Position numbers and translations under genes: made by a program. From an uncultured Acidobacteriota bacterium (GTDB taxonomy: Bacteria; Acidobacteriota; Vicinamibacteria; Marinacidobacterales; SMYC01): a DNA stretch of 64,000 bases. Under the pieces are notes generated by a model that saw only the letters and a list, made by a program, of their open reading frames with translations, ran no database searches and had not been told where the DNA came from. This document shows positions 1 through 13,661 of this stretch, piece after piece. Positions within the stretch are counted from its first letter, which is position 1. Each line of letters begins with the position of its first letter. The stretch covers positions 186,033 to 250,032 of the forward strand of contig CAWGBY010000003.1 in NCBI GenBank assembly GCA_963820855.1. The letters run 5' to 3'.

Positions 1-3000
1 TCTCGCGTCCGGGAAAGTAGGCGATGGGCGTTCCGAAGTCGGGTCCCGAGACGGCGTTCACGTTCAGGACGTTCGCCTGGTTCGTGAGGTTGAACGCCTC
101 GACCAGGATCCCGATGCGAGTGGTCGTCTCCGACCCGGAATACCTTCTCCACCCGCAGGTCGATGTTGAAGAACGGATCGGTCCGGAAGTCGTTCCGGGG
201 GACGCTCACGTCGCGCTGGTCGACGAGGCCGTCGCCGTCCTGGTCCGTGATGCCGCGCGGGTTGAAGGCGGCGCCGCTCTGCCAGCTCACGATGCCGCTC
301 ACCTGGATCTCGAACGGAACGGTGACCGCGCCGTTCGCGACGAAGATGTTGGGTACGGACAGGTTCGACGGGCCGCAGTCGGCTTCGGGGTCGTTGTTGT
401 CGCTGAAGCCGGATCCGACGTCGCCGGTGAGGAGGTTGTCGTACGTTCTCGAGCCGGTGTAGGAGACGCCGAGCGTGTAGCGCCGGCTGAATCGCTTCCG
501 GAGCGCGACGACGACACCGTCGTAGTCGATCCGGCCGTCGTAGGTGACCTCGCTGCTGCCGCGGCCCGCCGTCGGTGGTCTGGCCGAAGTTCGGGTCTCC
601 CGGGCGCGACGTCGATACAGGTTCGTGATGCGCCGCGTGAGGAGGTCGCGGCTTCGTCGATGCACGTAGCTCACCGAGAGGCTCATGTCCTCGGCGAGCT
701 GCTGCTCGACGCCGATGGTGAAGGCGCGGGTCCACGGAGTCGGTCGCCTCGGAGTAGACGCGACACGTCGCGGCTGAGGGCGAGGGGACCGCGCGGAAAG
801 AACGAGAGCACGCGATCGCCCACGATCGAGCCGCCGGGGACGTCGAAGAACTCCCAGTCCGTGCCCGGGTAGGTGCGTCTCGAGAAGCGTCACGGCCTGC
901 TGCCGGGGAAAGACCGCTCAGCGCCTGGATGTTGTCGATGCGGTGACCACCGGCGGCACGTTCGGGTCGGGCACCGGGATGCCGAGCAGCTCGTAGAGGG
1001 CGAGCGGGTTCGCGGCGCAGGTCCTCGGCGAACTGCCGATAGGCCGGGTTTTCCGCGGGACTCGCGCGCGCCGCCGCCGATCGGGAAGCCCGACGTGATC
1101 ACGAGGTCGATGAGCGAGTCGGTGTAGTCGACGCCCAGGCGGGGCAGGGCGACGTCGAAGGCGGAGCGGGTGAAGATGCCGCCCTTCTCGGGCACCGTCG
1201 CCGCGGCGCTGCAGCACGTTGCGGTCGAAGAAGAATGCCGAAGTTCGCTTTCAGGATCGTTGCGCGCTCCATCGCCGACGTCCCAGGCGAAGCCGAGGCT
1301 CGGCGCCAGGTTGTTCGTTGTCGTCGCCGAAGAGGCTCGACCAGTCGTAGCGGAGGCCGAGGTTCAGCGTCAGGTCCGGCCGCGACCGCCACTCGTCCTG
1401 CGCGTAGAAGCCGAGCCCGTTGTCGGTCGATGTCGAGGTCGAGGCTCCCGTCCGGATTCGCGGACAGGGTAGAAGAACCGCGCCGCCGACTGCTCGAAGC
1501 CCAAGCGCTCGAAGAGCTCCTCGTTGACGTCGCGACGCGTTCGGAGAGAGAAAGGCCGCGGAGTACTCGACGTCGTTCGTGACCTCGTCGAAGCCGGTGA
1601 GGCCGGAGTGCGTCCAAGTCCCAGCCCAGCTTGAACTGGTGGTCTCCCCGCATCTCGTCCCGGATCCAGCGTGAACGCCTGCGCGAGCTGCGAGCCGATC
1701 GAGATCGCGCTCGAGCTTGCCGCCGAAAGGAGCGCCAGTCTGGAGGAAGCCGCTCCGCAGCAGGACCAGGATCGGCTCGAGCGCGCTCGTCGCGGTCGAG
1801 GTTGTTGCCGCGTCGTCCCGTCGATGAGCGTGACGTTGGTCTCGAGGAACGTGTCGGCTCGAGAGCGTCCAGCGTCTGGCGGAGAAGCTCGTCGACTCCC
1901 GGTGCTCGGTGCGGCGGCGGCGCTCGGAAGGGCGATGGTGCCCGCGATGGGCGAGCTGATCTCGCCGCGACGTCGTCCTCGTGCTGCGGTTGACCGAGAA
2001 CGTGAGCGCTGGTTCGTCTGGCTCAGGTTCACAGTCGAGCTTGACGAGGCCGGTGAAGCCGTCGGTGTTCGGGCCGAGACCGAAGTCCTCGACTCCGCCA
2101 GGGGTCGCGAGCCCCTCCTGGCACGAAGTCCGGGATCTGGGAGCGGTCGATGTTGACGCCCGCGCGTCTCGTCGAGGACCTCGAAGGAGCCGAAGAAGAA
2201 GGCCTTGTCCGCGACGATGGGCCCGCCGAGCGTCCCGCCCCACTGGTGCGCTCGAGCGTCGGCGCGTCCTGGCCCTGCGACGTTCGAGGAGTCGAGCGCG
2301 TCGTCGCGGGAAAAGTAGAAGGCGCGGGCCTGCGAGTCGTTGCGTGCCCGAGCGGGTGACGATGTTGATGACGCCGCCCTGGGCGCGGCCGAACTCGCGC
2401 CTCGTAGCCGGTGGTGATGACCTCGAACTCCTGGATCGAGTCCTGCGTGTAGCGCTGGAACGGCTCCGCCGTTGAGCGGATCGTTGTTGTCGCGCGCCGT
2501 CGACGACGTAGGAGATCGACGAGCCGGGCGCTCGCCGAAGATCGAGACCTCCTCGCCCTGCTGGGTCGAGGGGAGGGACTTCGTCCCCGGCACGAGCGCG
2601 ATGAGGTCTTCGAAATTTCTTCCGTTGAGAGGAAGGGCGTCGATGGTCGCGGTCCCGACGCGCGAGGAGAGGTCCGCGCGGGTGGGCTCGACCAGCGGCG
2701 TGCTCACGGAGACCTCGACCGTCTCGGCGATCGCGGCGACGTCGAGGGTCGCGTCGAGCGGCACTTCCTGGTTCACCGCGATCGGTACGTCGACCCGGGA
2801 CATGCTGTTGAACCCGGCGAGCTCGAAGCGAACCGTGTAGACGCCCGCGGGCAGGAGCGAGATGCGATAGGCTCCGGCGTCGTTCGTCACCGTCGAGACG
2901 CTCTCCCGCTGGAGCGCGGGACTCGTCGCGGTCACCGTCGCTCCCGGAAGGACGCCGCCGCTCGCGTCGCGCACCACTCCGTAGATAGAACCGGTTACCT

Positions 3001-3070
3001 GCGCTTCGCTTTCACCCGGGAGAACGAGCGCCGACGGACAGCAGGACGGGAAAGAGAATGCGGTTCGTCA
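1..3070 (-). CDS. TonB-dependent receptor with N-terminal carboxypeptidase-regulatory-like domain; C-terminus runs off the window start; several frameshifts
   Basis: ORF 1370..2977(-) encodes a CarbopepD_reg-like N-terminus, a plug motif (IDALPLNGRNFEDLIALVPG) and AFYFSRDD. Other frames carry barrel motifs (GLGFYAQDEWR...LTLNLGLRYDW; C-terminal RIGILVEAFNLTNQANVL near nt 1-116). Signal peptide MTNRILFPVLLSVGA... begins near 3070. Confidence 0.7.
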
Positions 3071-3100
3071 TACCGCCTCCTTTTCCCCGCTACTATAGCT

Positions 3101-3792
3101 TCATCTCCCAGGGAGCTCGAACCGAACGCTCACCGTCATCAGTATCGGAACCGGCTTCCCGTTCAGGCGAGTCGGTTCGTATTTCCAGCGCCGCACCGCA
3201 TCGATGGCGGCCTGGTCCAGGAGCGGGACGGAGCGGACGACTCTGACGTCGACCACGTTTCCGAGCTCGTCGATCGTCGCCTCGAGCACCACCGTTCCCT
3301 GAAGCCTCGCGGCGGCGGCAATCGGCGGATAGACCGGATTCTCATGGTGCCGCTTTCGCGGAGCCGTCACGCTGCTGACGCGAACCGGCTCGGGCGGCGT
3401 TCGTGGTGTGCTCCGCTCGACGGTGTTCACGAGCCGTCCCCGAGCTCGGGAATCCGACGTCGAAGCCGATAGGAAATCCTTCGACGCCTCGGTCGACGTC
3501 GAGAAACGCCCCGGTTTCCTCGGCAATCCCCTCGGGCACTTCGGTCGGGGCGACGAAACTCGTGAGAATCCGCGCCGCCTCCGGCCGGGTCCGGCTCCCC
3601 GCGGGAGCTTTCTGCGCGGCGACGGGAGCCTCGAACGGCTTCGATGCTGGGAACATAGTTTCGGAGGGGGATTGCGTTATGGGGCTCGGGAAGATTGTCG
3701 TAGCTCATGTACGGCGATACTCCGAGCGCTCCGAGAGCGAGCAACTGCAAAGCGAGCGAGCCGAACCAGCCGAAAGCGCGTTCTCGTGTCAT
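3101..3792 (-). CDS. TonB energy transducer (N-terminal TM, Pro-rich linker, TonB C-terminal domain); frameshifted
   Basis: C-terminal YPPIAAAARLQGTVVLEATIDELGNVVDVRVVRSVPLLDQAAIDAVRRWKYEP is a classic TonB_C domain. N-terminal TM MTRERAFGWFGSLALQLLALGALG lies in ORF 3427..3792. Confidence 0.7.
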
Positions 3793-3873
3793 CGCGTCCT
3801 CCTGCCTTTGGATCGGTTCGACACCGGCGTTGGCGCGAAGGTTCCCTTCCCGAAGCCTGTCGTCGGCCCGCTA

Positions 3874-3902
3874 TTGACACATATACGTTCACAACGTATA
3901 TT
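3874..3902 (+). promoter_or_regulatory. Sigma70-like promoter (TTGACA-17 bp-TATATT) overlapped by a perfect inverted repeat ATATACGT-N5-ACGTATAT; putative PadR operator
   Basis: ttgaca at 3874-3879 and tatatt at 3897-3902. The palindrome spans 3881-3901, immediately upstream of the PadR gene. Confidence 0.45.
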
Positions 3903-3948
3903 GGCCCGGTGAAGCTGGACCGGGAGCTCAAACGGGGGAGCGCCGACA

Positions 3949-4244
3949 TGCTCATCCTCTCCCTGGTCGAGGAGCGGCCGCGGCACGGCTACGAGCTCTT
4001 GAAGCTCCTGGAGGAGCGCTCCGGTGGAGTGCTCAAATTCCACATCGGGTCCGTCTATCCGATCCTCTTTCGGCTGGATCGGCGGGGTTGGATTCGCGGT
4101 GAGTGGCAGATGGAGAAGGGGTCTCGCCGGCGCCGGGAGTATCGGATCACCGCTTCTGGGCGGGCGGTCCTGAAGAACCAGCGCGGGGTTTGGCGGGAGC
4201 TCGTGGCCGCCATCGATCGAGTGGCTCGAACAGGTCATGCGTGA
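3949..4244 (+). CDS. PadR-family transcriptional regulator (alternative GTG start at 3909)
   Basis: [23 protein letters not shown]...[11 protein letters not shown] is a PadR wHTH signature. The stop overlaps the start of the downstream ADOP permease (ATGCGTGA). Confidence 0.8.
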
Positions 4245-6984
4245 CTGGGAAGCCTACGTTCGCGAGCGGTTGAGCGTTCTTTCGCTCGAGCCGTCGACTC
4301 GATCTCGAGTGATCGAAGATCTGGCGGCGATGATGCGCGCTTGTCAGGAGGAGGCGCTCTCGGAGGGAGCCTCCGAGGAAGAGAGCGCGCGGCGGGCCGA
4401 AAAAGAGGTTCCGGACTGGCAGGCACTCGCCGTCGAAATCAGTCGTCTCGAACGAGCGGGGCAGCGCTCGTGGCACCGGACCATCGTTCGGCGGCCCATC
4501 GGGAGGTTCTCCATGGTCACAGGGCTCACAGGGCTCAGTCAGGATCTTCGCGCTGGTCTCCGCTCGCTCCGCCGGATTCCAGGGTACTGGGCTGTTTCCG
4601 TTCTGACGCTCGCCCTCGGGATCGGCGCCAATACCGCCATCTTCAGCATGGTCGATACGGTGCTCCTGAAGCCGCTCGGATTCGAAGAGCCCGATCGTCT
4701 CGTCCGCATCTTCTCGACCTTCCCCGAGAAATCGATCGATGCGGATAAAGTCTCGACCGGAGATGTCGTCGACTGGGTCGAGCGAAGCGACGCACTCGAG
4801 GGAATCGGCGCCTGGTACGTCATGGGCCGCACGGTGGTCCCCGATAAGGAAGCCGAGGCAGCCGAGACGGTGCAGGTCGCGCAGGTCTCGACCGACTTCT
4901 TCCCCGTTCTGAGAACGAAGCCGCTCCTGGGGAGGACTTTTACCGCGGAAGAGACGGCTCGAGCGGTCTTCAACTCGGCCGCCTCCCACGTCGGAACCGA
5001 CCCGGTGATCGTCTTGAGCCACGCGGCCTGGCAGAGACGATTCGGCTCCGATCCGTCCATTCTCGGAAAAACGGTAGCCCTCGAGCGCGAGAGCTGGCGG
5101 GTGATTGGCGTGATGCCTCCCGAATTCTCGTTTCCGAGCCGGGAGATCGATTTCTGGATCCCGTGGAGCTTCACCTACCTGCATCATGGAAAGGTGATCG
5201 ACGGCACGCGCCAACACGACCAGCGCTATCTGAGCGCCGTCGCGCGATTGAAGCGGGGAGTTTCCGTCGCGGAAGCCGAGGACCAGCTGAACGCGGTCTC
5301 GGCGGCTCTCGGCGAAGAGCTTCCCGAGACGAATGCGGGCTGGGGGGCTCGGCTCGTGCCTTTGCACGACGACCTGGTGGGAAGCGCGCGAACGACGCTT
5401 CTCGTCGTCTTCGGCGCGGTGGCCGTCGTCCTTCTCGTCGCGTGCGTCAATATGTCGAGCCTTCAGCTGGTGCGGATGGCAGAGCGCCAGAAAGAGATCA
5501 CGCTTCGGCTGGCCCTCGGCGCTTCCCGGCGTCGGCTCCTCCGACAGTTCCTCCTCGAGAACTCGACACTCGCTGTTCTCGGCGGTGCCGCCGCCATCCC
5601 GGTGGCTCTTTCGGTGCTGAAACTCCTCCCGCTTCTCCAACCCGGCGGAGTTCCCCGGCTCGACGAGGTCGTGGTCGACGTGCGCGTTCTCGGTTTCGCC
5701 ACCGCGCTCTCGGCCTCGGTCGCGATCTTCTTCGGGCTCGTCCCTCTGATGGCGGTAGCTCCCTCCGAGATTCGCACCTCGAGGAGCGCTCCGCGGTGGC
5801 AGAAGCTTCGAAAGCTCCTGGTCGTCGCCGAGATCGGAATGGCGGTCGCGCTTCTCGCCGCCGCCGGTCTTCTGGCACGGAGCTACGAGAATCTCTACGC
5901 GGTCGATCCGGGCTTCCGCCCGGAGGGAGTGGTCGTCGTTCCGATTACCCTCGACGCCCACGAGTACGATAGCGGCGCCAAGTCGCGCGAGTACTATCGG
6001 GTCCTCAGGGAGAAGCTGCGCTCGCTCCCTGGCGTCGTCTCTGTCGGCTCAGTGACGGCGTTGCCTATGAGTCCCATCGGTCCCATTTTCGACCGGCCGA
6101 TCTGGGCGGAAGGCGACCAGCCGCCTCCCGGAGGGGGGAATCGCGCTGCCGTCCGAATCGCCTCACCGGGATACTTCGAGACCCTGGGGATCACTCTTCG
6201 GCGAGGCCGCGGTTTGCTGGAGGACGATCGTCCGGACTCGCCCAGCGTCGTCGTGATCAACGAAAGGCTCGCGCAGCAGATCTGGCCGGGGATGGATCCC
6301 GTTGGAAAGGGGCTCGTGATCGATTACAGCACCGCCGGCACCTATCCCTATGAGGTGGTCGGAGTGGTCAACGACCTGCGCTTCGACGGACCTCGAACGA
6401 CCGCGAAGCCGGAGCTGTACCTGGCGCACGCGCAGCGCCCTTACTTGATCCAGAACGTCGCGGTGCGCACCTCGGGGGATCCCGACGAGCTGGTGCCGAG
6501 GCTTCGGAGAGCGGTTCTGGAGGTCGATCCCCTTCAGCCGCCGCACCGCATCGCGGCTCTATCGCGGCTCCTGGACGCCTCCGTGAGGCAGGACCGTTTC
6601 GCGATGCTCCTTCTCGGAAGCTTCGCGGCGCTCGCTCTCGCTCTGGCCCTTCTCGGGATCTTCGGCGTTCTCTCGTATCACGTCGGAGCAAGGACCCACG
6701 AAGTGGGAATCCGCACGGCGCTCGGGGCCTCTCGCGGCGCGATCCTGGCCATGATTTTCTCCATGGGAATGAAACTCACTTTCACAGGAATCGCAGTCGG
6801 CATAGTGCTCACATTCTTCTCGACGCGTTGGCTCGAAAGCCTGCTGTTCGCGGTGAGCCCCGTCGACCCCCTCACTTACGTTTCCGTGATCGCTCTCCTT
6901 GGTGGGACCGCGATCCTGGCGTGCTATCTTCCGGCACGGCGAGCGGCGGCGGTCGACCCCGTCATCGCGCTGCGGCACGAATAG
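4237..6984 (+). CDS. ABC transporter permease, ADOP type (MacB-like periplasmic domain plus duplicated FtsX); intact, 915 aa
   Basis: N-terminal permease-prefix [12 protein letters not shown]..., [41 protein letters not shown], and two FtsX TM bundles. Confidence 0.85.
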   Translation: MRDWEAYVRERLSVLSLEPSTRSRVIEDLAAMMRACQEEALSEGASEEESARRAEKEVPDWQALAVEISRLERAGQRSWHRTIVRRPIGRFSMVTGLTGLSQDLRAGLRSLRRIPGYWAVSVLTLALGIGANTAIFSMVDTVLLKPLGFEEPDRLVRIFSTFPEKSIDADKVSTGDVVDWVERSDALEGIGAWYVMGRTVVPDKEAEAAETVQVAQVSTDFFPVLRTKPLLGRTFTAEETARAVFNSAASHVGTDPVIVLSHAAWQRRFGSDPSILGKTVALERESWRVIGVMPPEFSFPSREIDFWIPWSFTYLHHGKVIDGTRQHDQRYLSAVARLKRGVSVAEAEDQLNAVSAALGEELPETNAGWGARLVPLHDDLVGSARTTLLVVFGAVAVVLLVACVNMSSLQLVRMAERQKEITLRLALGASRRRLLRQFLLENSTLAVLGGAAAIPVALSVLKLLPLLQPGGVPRLDEVVVDVRVLGFATALSASVAIFFGLVPLMAVAPSEIRTSRSAPRWQKLRKLLVVAEIGMAVALLAAAGLLARSYENLYAVDPGFRPEGVVVVPITLDAHEYDSGAKSREYYRVLREKLRSLPGVVSVGSVTALPMSPIGPIFDRPIWAEGDQPPPGGGNRAAVRIASPGYFETLGITLRRGRGLLEDDRPDSPSVVVINERLAQQIWPGMDPVGKGLVIDYSTAGTYPYEVVGVVNDLRFDGPRTTAKPELYLAHAQRPYLIQNVAVRTSGDPDELVPRLRRAVLEVDPLQPPHRIAALSRLLDASVRQDRFAMLLLGSFAALALALALLGIFGVLSYHVGARTHEVGIRTALGASRGAILAMIFSMGMKLTFTGIAVGIVLTFFSTRWLESLLFAVSPVDPLTYVSVIALLGGTAILACYLPARRAAAVDPVIALRHE

Positions 6985-6990
6985 CGCCCG

Positions 6991-8862
6991 CTACCACGCC
7001 TCCACCCAGCCGGCGGACAGGACGAATCCGCCGCGCCCGAGGGCTGTTGCCCCGTCGAGCCGCAGGATTCGCCCGAACATGTCGACGCGAAGGCCGATTC
7101 CCGGAGACCACAGCGATCGCGGTTCGCGGCCGAAGACCTCTGCCCAATCGACGAAGGTCGCGAGACCGAGCCTCACCAACCCCGGGCTCCAGAGAGTCCG
7201 CCCGGCTTCGAAGAGCCATGGAGAAGTCGGGGGCCGAAGCCCTCGCCGCGAATGACTCCGTCATCAAGAAGCGGATAGCCCCGGAGAAGGAGAGGCCTCG
7301 CGTTGTCCGAGCCCGCTCCCGGCCAGACGGCGAGAGGTGCTTTTGCCGTCACGGCGCGCGCGTCCAGCGCGTGCCCTCAAGAACCACGACTCGCGTTCGA
7401 CGAGCCGCGCGCCGAGCGAAACGCCCGCTTCCTGAAACGAATCGCCGCCGCTCGTTGCGAACCAACGCGCGGCGTCGGCTCGCAGAGAAACGCGATCCCG
7501 GGCGAAGCGTTGCTCGACGGACCCTCCGAGGGCTACCCATGAACCGAGCGACTCCTCTTGATGGAACCCGACGGCGCCTTGCGCTCTGGTCCGTGAGCTC
7601 AACCAGTCTCCGAACGAAAGGCGGGCTCCCCGCCAGCGCTCCTCGATGTATCCCGCGGACTGTGGCAAACCGTAGCTCTGCATCTCGGAGTAGCCCTCGA
7701 TGCTTCCGATTCCCGGAAGACCGAAGAGTCCGGGAGAAGCAAGAGAGGCCCATAGCTTCGGCCGTCGTTGCCACCATCGAAATCCGCCTTCGACCTGCTC
7801 GCCTCCTCCCGTGGGGCTCGAAAGCGTCGCGCGAGCGTTGCGATAGACCAGCGCGTCCACGGAGCCGCGCAGAAGCGCGACTTCGAGCGGATCGAAAAGA
7901 CTTCGTTCGGCGACGGAAGCGACCAGCTTGGCGCGACCGTCGGTGAGAGGCTCGTACGAGACCCGCGCTCTCTCGAGAGTGGGAAGCTCCTCGACGCGTT
8001 TTTTCGCGTTCCGGAAGGTTTCGATGGTGAGAACGCTCCCAGGCTTTGCCGCGAGGTAGCGGTAGAGGACGTCCTGACGAGTGCGCGCGAGCCCGCTGAG
8101 CTCCACGCGATCGAGTGTCGGTTCGCCGAGAGCGTTCCAGGCTTCGAGAGCGCCCTCGCGGTCGCCGCTCAGAAAGAGACTGGCCGCCAGAATCGAGCGC
8201 GCGTGGTCATCCTGCGGCGCGAGCTCGAGCGCCGCTCTGACCCATGCCGCCGATTGGCTCCACTCTTCCTCGAGGAAGAGCGCGGCGGCGCGCTCCCGGA
8301 GGACGACTGCTTCTTCGGTCGATTCCGGCTCGACGACTCTCAAACCCTCGTTGGCATCCTCGTCTGGCGCTTCGGGCGAGTCCGGCGGCAGGACGAGGAG
8401 CGCCCAGAAGTCCGACGCCGCCCAATCCTCGAAGACGCTCTCGACGCTTCGGCGCCGATGAGGACCGAGCGATGGGTCGTGGAGGACCAGCTCGTCTCCC
8501 GAATATCCCGTCAGGACGACATAGTGAAGCCGGTTCGCGGAAGAGCGGAGGAGCGCGACGAGTGGGCGTCCGCTCGACAGGTGGCGCCGCACCGTGTCGC
8601 GATCGGCCCGAATCGGAACCGCACGCCACCGACGCGCCCGCACCGCGCCCGCGAGATCGGCGGTGGTGATGCCGCCTTCATCCTCGTCGACCAGCTCCTC
8701 GAAATCCTCGGCGTAGACGTTCTCAGCGCCCCAGTAGCGCAGCACCATGGCTACGGAGGCACCGCCGCAAAGAAGCCGCCCTTGAGGAAGAAAGACGACG
8801 TCCAAAATCGCGGCGTCCGGCGCGGCAGCCGCCGCGAGCAGGACGAAAGCCGCCCAGGTCAC
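6991..8862 (-). CDS. Secreted fusion protein: peptidase-C39-like (papain-fold) domain, TPR region and Omp85/ShlB-type C-terminal beta-barrel; frameshifted
   Basis: Signal peptide MTWAAFVLLAAAAAP. CGGASVAMVLRYWG (Cys), HYVVLTGY (His) and HDP (Asp) match a Peptidase_C39_2-like triad. The C-terminus ...GLRVDMFGRILRLDGATALGRGGFVLSAGWVEAW (ORF 6991..7179) is a typical bacterial surface-antigen barrel terminus. Confidence 0.55.
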
Positions 8863-9275
8863 CTCGCGAGAAGGATGATGATAATGATGATGAGTAGGAG
8901 CGACACGAGACCGATGCTGATGTGGACGGTGTCGCCGCCTGCAAGACGATCGCTGAGCTCACCGGCGTATCCCGCCGCTCGCTCCAGGTCCTTTCCTTCG
9001 AGCGTGTCGACGAGCCCCGCGGCCTTGTCCACGTACCCCACGTTGAGACCGGCGTTTTTCGCGAGACGACGAACGTCTTCGCGCGCGAGCAAATCGCGAA
9101 TCGCGCCTCGAGACGCTTCCTCGTCGGCCGATGCGCGCAGAAGCGCGTCATCGATCTGAGACTGGGTTACCAGGCTGTCCGTGACGGCCTGGGCGGCGGA
9201 GGCCACCTGCGGGCTCATCGGCCCGAGCATCAAGACGCAAAGAGTCGCGGCAAGAACCTGATTGAGTCGTACCAT
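8859..9275 (-). CDS. Small secreted protein with a C-terminal poly-Ile hydrophobic tail (GLVSLLLIIIIIILLAR); start overlaps the stop of the C39/barrel gene
   Basis: GGAGGGG RBS lies 5 nt before ATG (MVRLNQVLAATLCVLMLGPMSPQVASA|AQA signal peptide). The C-terminus is encoded by atgatgataatgatgatgag. Confidence 0.5.
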   Translation of the reverse strand: MVRLNQVLAATLCVLMLGPMSPQVASAAQAVTDSLVTQSQIDDALLRASADEEASRGAIRDLLAREDVRRLAKNAGLNVGYVDKAAGLVDTLEGKDLERAAGYAGELSDRLAGGDTVHISIGLVSLLLIIIIIILLAR

Positions 9276-9351
9276 AAGACCCCTCCCCATAGAGGACCAT
9301 TGTGAATTTTGGAGGGATCCGCGAGTCATCCAGCGTTCGCCGGATAAGGGT

Positions 9352-11443
<2,092 letters not shown>

Positions 11444-11444
11444 T

Positions 11445-12215
11445 GTGTCCGCGTTCCCTACGACGATTTCGCCGACATCTACGACGCCTGGTGCGCGAGC
11501 GCTCCCATTACCGAGAGGAACCACGGTTTCTATCTGCGGAAGCTCTCGCGAGCGGCCGGCCCGGTGGTGGAGCTGGGCGTCGGAAACGGGCGCATCTGCA
11601 TCGAGGTGGCGAAGAAAGGGAAGCCCATCACCGGCGTCGATTCCTCGAGCGCCATCCTGGAGCTTTGCCGCAAGCGGGCCCGCGAGGCCGGCGTCTCCGA
11701 GCGCCTGAATCTCATCCAGGCGGACTTCCGCGACTTCGTTCTCCCCGAGCCCGCCGAGCTCATCGTCCTCCCGTTCCACTCGATCGGGCACCTCCTGACG
11801 CGACGACGACAAGCTCCAGCGCCATGCGGCAGGTTCGAAACCAGCTCCAGGTCGGCGGCCGGTTCGTCTTCGACCATTTCATTTTCGATCCGAGCTTCGT
11901 CCAGCCGGGCGTACCGCACCTCCGCGCCGAGTTTCGCGACCCCGAGACCGGCCGGGATCGTATCCTCTGGGAGGCCTCGACCCACGACATGGAGCGGCGC
12001 CTCATCCGGATCGTGGTCTGGACCGACGAGATCGATTCGAGTGGAACCGTCGTGAGCCGGCGATACCGCCGCATCAACCTTTCCTGGATCACTCCCGAAC
12101 GGAGCCGGCGACTTCTCGAGGACGCGGGCTTCGAGATCGAGGCGGTGCTACGGAGACTTCGACGAAAACCCGATGACCGAACGGTCGACGCATCAAATCT
12201 GGGTGACCCGCAAAT
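11445..12215 (+). CDS. Class I SAM-dependent methyltransferase; frameshifted
   Basis: VVELGVGNGRICIEVAKKGKPITGVDSS...LIQADFRDF...VGGRFVFDHF methyltransferase motifs I, II and III. Confidence 0.6.
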
Positions 12216-13658
12216 GAACCTGACGCTGTTTTTCCTTCTCGCCATCGAGATCGTCCTCAAGGGCGGCCGGGTGATGGACCCGGAAACCGGGCTCGACGCC
12301 GTGCGGAACGTGGGCATCGAAGGCGGCACCATCGTCGCCATCAGCGAAGCTCCTCTCGAGGGAACGGTCGTGGTGGATGCCACCGGGCTCGTCGTGGCGC
12401 CCGGCTTCATCGATCTCCACGCGCACGGTCAGGACCCGGTCAGTAACCGCCTCCAGGCGCAGGACGGCGTCACGACCGCGCTCGAGATGGAGATCGGCGT
12501 CTACCCGGTCGCCTCGTGGCTCGCCTCGCGCGAAGGGAAGGCGGTCATTCACTACGGCGCGCACCGTCGGCCATCTTGCCCGCGCGCGCCAAGCTCTTCC
12601 ACGACATCGACATCGGAAGCTGGGCGCTCGGAGACGAGGCCGACCCGAACCGCCAGCGTCTCATGAAGGTGTCCGACTACGCCTACAAGGCGACGACCGC
12701 CGAGGAGCTTGCGAGACTGGAAGCGCTCATGGTGCGCGGGACTCGAAGAGGGAGGCCTCGGCTTCGGCCTCGGCATCACCTACACGCCCGGCGCGACCCG
12801 CGAGGAGATCCTGCGGCTCTTCGAGGTCGCTCGCGATGCAGGATGTCCCGATCTACGTCCACCTGCGCGGAGAGGGCTCCGGCGGAACGCTCGGAGCGTT
12901 CCAGGAGGTCATCGCCGACGCCGCCGCGACGGGAGCCTCGCTCCACATCGTGCACATGAACTCGAGCGCGGGCGACCTCGGGAAGACGACGCTTTCCATG
13001 ATCCGCGGCGCGCGCGCGGTCGGACTCGACGTCACGACCGAGGCCTATCCGTACACCGCCGGCTCGACGCGGCTCGAGTCCGCGCTCTTCGATTCCTGGG
13101 TCGACGGACCCGACGAGAGCTTCCAGAACCTGCAGTGGCCTCTCACCGGCGAGCGGCTGACCCGCGAGAGCTTTCAAGAGGTTTCGCGAAGAGGGCGGCT
13201 GGGTCATCATCCACGGCGGACGATCCGAGGAGGTCAACGAGTGGATCACGGCGCAGCCGGACGTGATGGTCGCGAGCGACGGCATTCCTTACTTCAACGG
13301 CCCGGCCCATCCCCGCGGCGCGGGAACGTTCGCGCGCGTCCTCGGCCGCTACGCGCGGGACAAGAAGAGCCTTCCGCTCATGTACGCGCTCCGCAAGATG
13401 ACCCTGATGCCGGCGGAGCGTCTCTCGGGAGCGGCTCCTCAGATGATGAAGAAAGGACGGCTCCAGGTGGGCGCCGACGCCGACATCACCGTTTTCGATC
13501 CCGACTCGAATTCTGGACTTATCGACGTATGAGAAGGGAGACATTCCGTCGCGGGGATCGCGCACGTTCTCGTCGGGGGAACGTTCGTGGTGCGGGACGG
13601 AAAGCCCGTCGAGGGCGTCTTTCCGGGGAGAGCGATTCGATCCTCGCGTCCCGACTGA
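12214..13658 (+). CDS. N-acyl-D-amino-acid deacylase (D-aminoacylase, amidohydrolase family); several frameshifts
   Basis: MNLTLFFLLAIEIVLKGGRVMDPETGLDAVRNVGIEGGTIVAIS...GLVVAPGFIDLHAHGQ. Downstream fragments ...IYVHLRGEGSGG...IVHMNSSAGD...DGIPYFNGPAHPRGAGTFARVLGRY...ADITVFDP. Confidence 0.65.
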
Positions 13659-13661
13659 GCT

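Noticed and set aside
64-872. Overlapping forward and reverse ORFs (24..872 +, 64..735 -, 299..517 -) at the window start
   Set aside because: All lie within the TonB-dependent receptor locus and translate to low-complexity Arg/Pro-rich sequence. The genuine frame is recognisable by barrel motifs (RIGILVEAFNLTNQANVL).
4147-5961. 604-aa reverse-strand ORF antisense to the ADOP permease
   Set aside because: Low-complexity composition (Arg/Glu/Asp/Gly-rich), antisense to an intact, well-conserved 915-aa gene. A typical GC-rich shadow ORF.
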